From NCBI GenBank assembly GCA_965112155.1, contig OZ218112.1: a stretch of 64,000 nt of DNA. One strand, 5' to 3'. The notes under the pieces were generated by a model that saw only the letters and a list, made by a program, of their open reading frames with translations, ran no database searches and was not told the DNA's origin. How positions within the stretch are numbered: position 1 is the first letter of the stretch; every line of letters begins with the position of its first letter. Shown in pieces: positions 62,928 to 64,000 of the stretch. This DNA comes from Podarcis liolepis. Taxonomy: Eukaryota. The position numbers and the translations under genes were made by a program.

Positions 62928-64000
62928 CTATCTTATGTCATTTGGATGGGGGCATAATAACAGTATTGCTCAAGTGTGGCTTTTGGAATTTATCTGATGC
63001 AAAAAGCTTCATTCATTTCTTGGTTTAAGCTGGTATATATTGCAGTGCCACAACCTGGCCTCTTGAATGGTGAAAGGATAGACAGTGCGTGTAGGAAGAA
63101 CATTAGCAAAGTAATGATTTCTTTTTCTCCTTACTAGGTAACTAGCTCTGAGGAACAGGCAAGGAAGGCCCAAGGAAGTTTGCTGTTCAATAAAGGATGC
63201 TGGGTTGCTTGGCAACCAATCGTTAGGCCCAATGGTGCAACCAGCCAGCCAGGCATTCCAAACTGGCTGCTTCCATCGTCTTACATCCTAACAGAGGTGT
63301 TTCTCCTTGGCTGATTTTACTGCCTTTTTGTAACCCATGGGGTCATGCATCCAGAAAGTCCTGGGCAGGAATTACAGCTGTATATAACTCCAAACTTTTG
63401 CCCCCTTTCCTAGAATGACTATTAAGGTATTTTGTCCACAAACTGGAATGGTCTTTTGTATATTGAAAATGTGATTCTCATTCCCGGTTACACATGAATG
63501 CCCTTATACCGCCAAGGTTTGTCAGCAAGAACAAATATAAAGCATATAAGGATGCTGAAAGTGTATTTTCAAGTTCAGGTGGAGCTCACGTCAACGCTTG
63601 GAAGTTTGTTGTGATGAGCATCACAAATGAATACCAAATTGGACTAAGTAAAAACAACATGCCCAGTGTAGATGAGAAGACAGGGCAGGTTGTTTGCCCA
63701 CCAGTGAAAGGTCAGAAGTACTTCTGAAGAGCATTCACGTATTTTTCATATTTTCTTTCTCTTTCTCCAATGAAGTAAATGTATCTGCTGCAAACTGCAT
63801 TTTTCTGGATGATATTATATGGTTTTATTATTATTATATCAAATGCCGCTCTGGGTACTTTTGGTAGACGAGTGGGATGTTACACATGAGCAACATGTGC
63901 TTTTAATTATCTTTTGAATGTTTCTAAATATCTGTTTTTGACCTTCTTTTATTTATGCTTCCAGTGTTGTTTGTAAATTGCTTAGAGGGCTTATGACAAT

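Noticed and set aside
63494-63727. 77-aa ORF with protein-like composition
   Set aside because: No recognisable homology and no convincing splice or promoter context; cannot be supported without a search.
1-64000. Prokaryotic systems (operons, CRISPR arrays, defence islands)
   Set aside because: Vertebrate repeat landscape, no gene-dense ORFs, and no regularly spaced repeat-spacer array.

Overview
This is eukaryotic DNA, not prokaryotic. It is repeat-rich, CpG-depleted squamate sequence, probably from a lacertid lizard (inferred from Sauria/Squam-type SINEs and L2/CR1 tails), with two assembly gaps. I recognise no host protein-coding gene; the window reads as intronic or intergenic, with a few weak candidate exons and conserved-element-like stretches. 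The only convincing protein ORF is the stop-free C-terminal part (Zn-knuckle linker + GIY-YIG endonuclease) of a 5'-truncated Penelope-like (Neptune-type) retroelement at 18103-19034 (-). Other content: eight Sauria SINEs, other tRNA-derived SINEs, Tc1/mariner, hAT and PIF/Harbinger MITEs (several nested, with readable TSDs), solo LTRs, LINE fragments and microsatellites. Two signals stand out. (1) There are three minimal type-I hammerhead ribozyme motifs: two intact (one inside a 200-bp fold-back Penelope insertion) and one decayed. (2) Two divergent LTR/DIRS-like units (about 39.5-40.3 kb on +, about 48.5-49.15 kb on -) share a structurally conserved three-way-junction RNA. It carries a U-rich internal loop resembling an ENE poly(A) triple-helix element and sits between a TATA-like promoter and an AATAAA. 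Coordinates were counted by hand; TE family names are from recall, not database searches.
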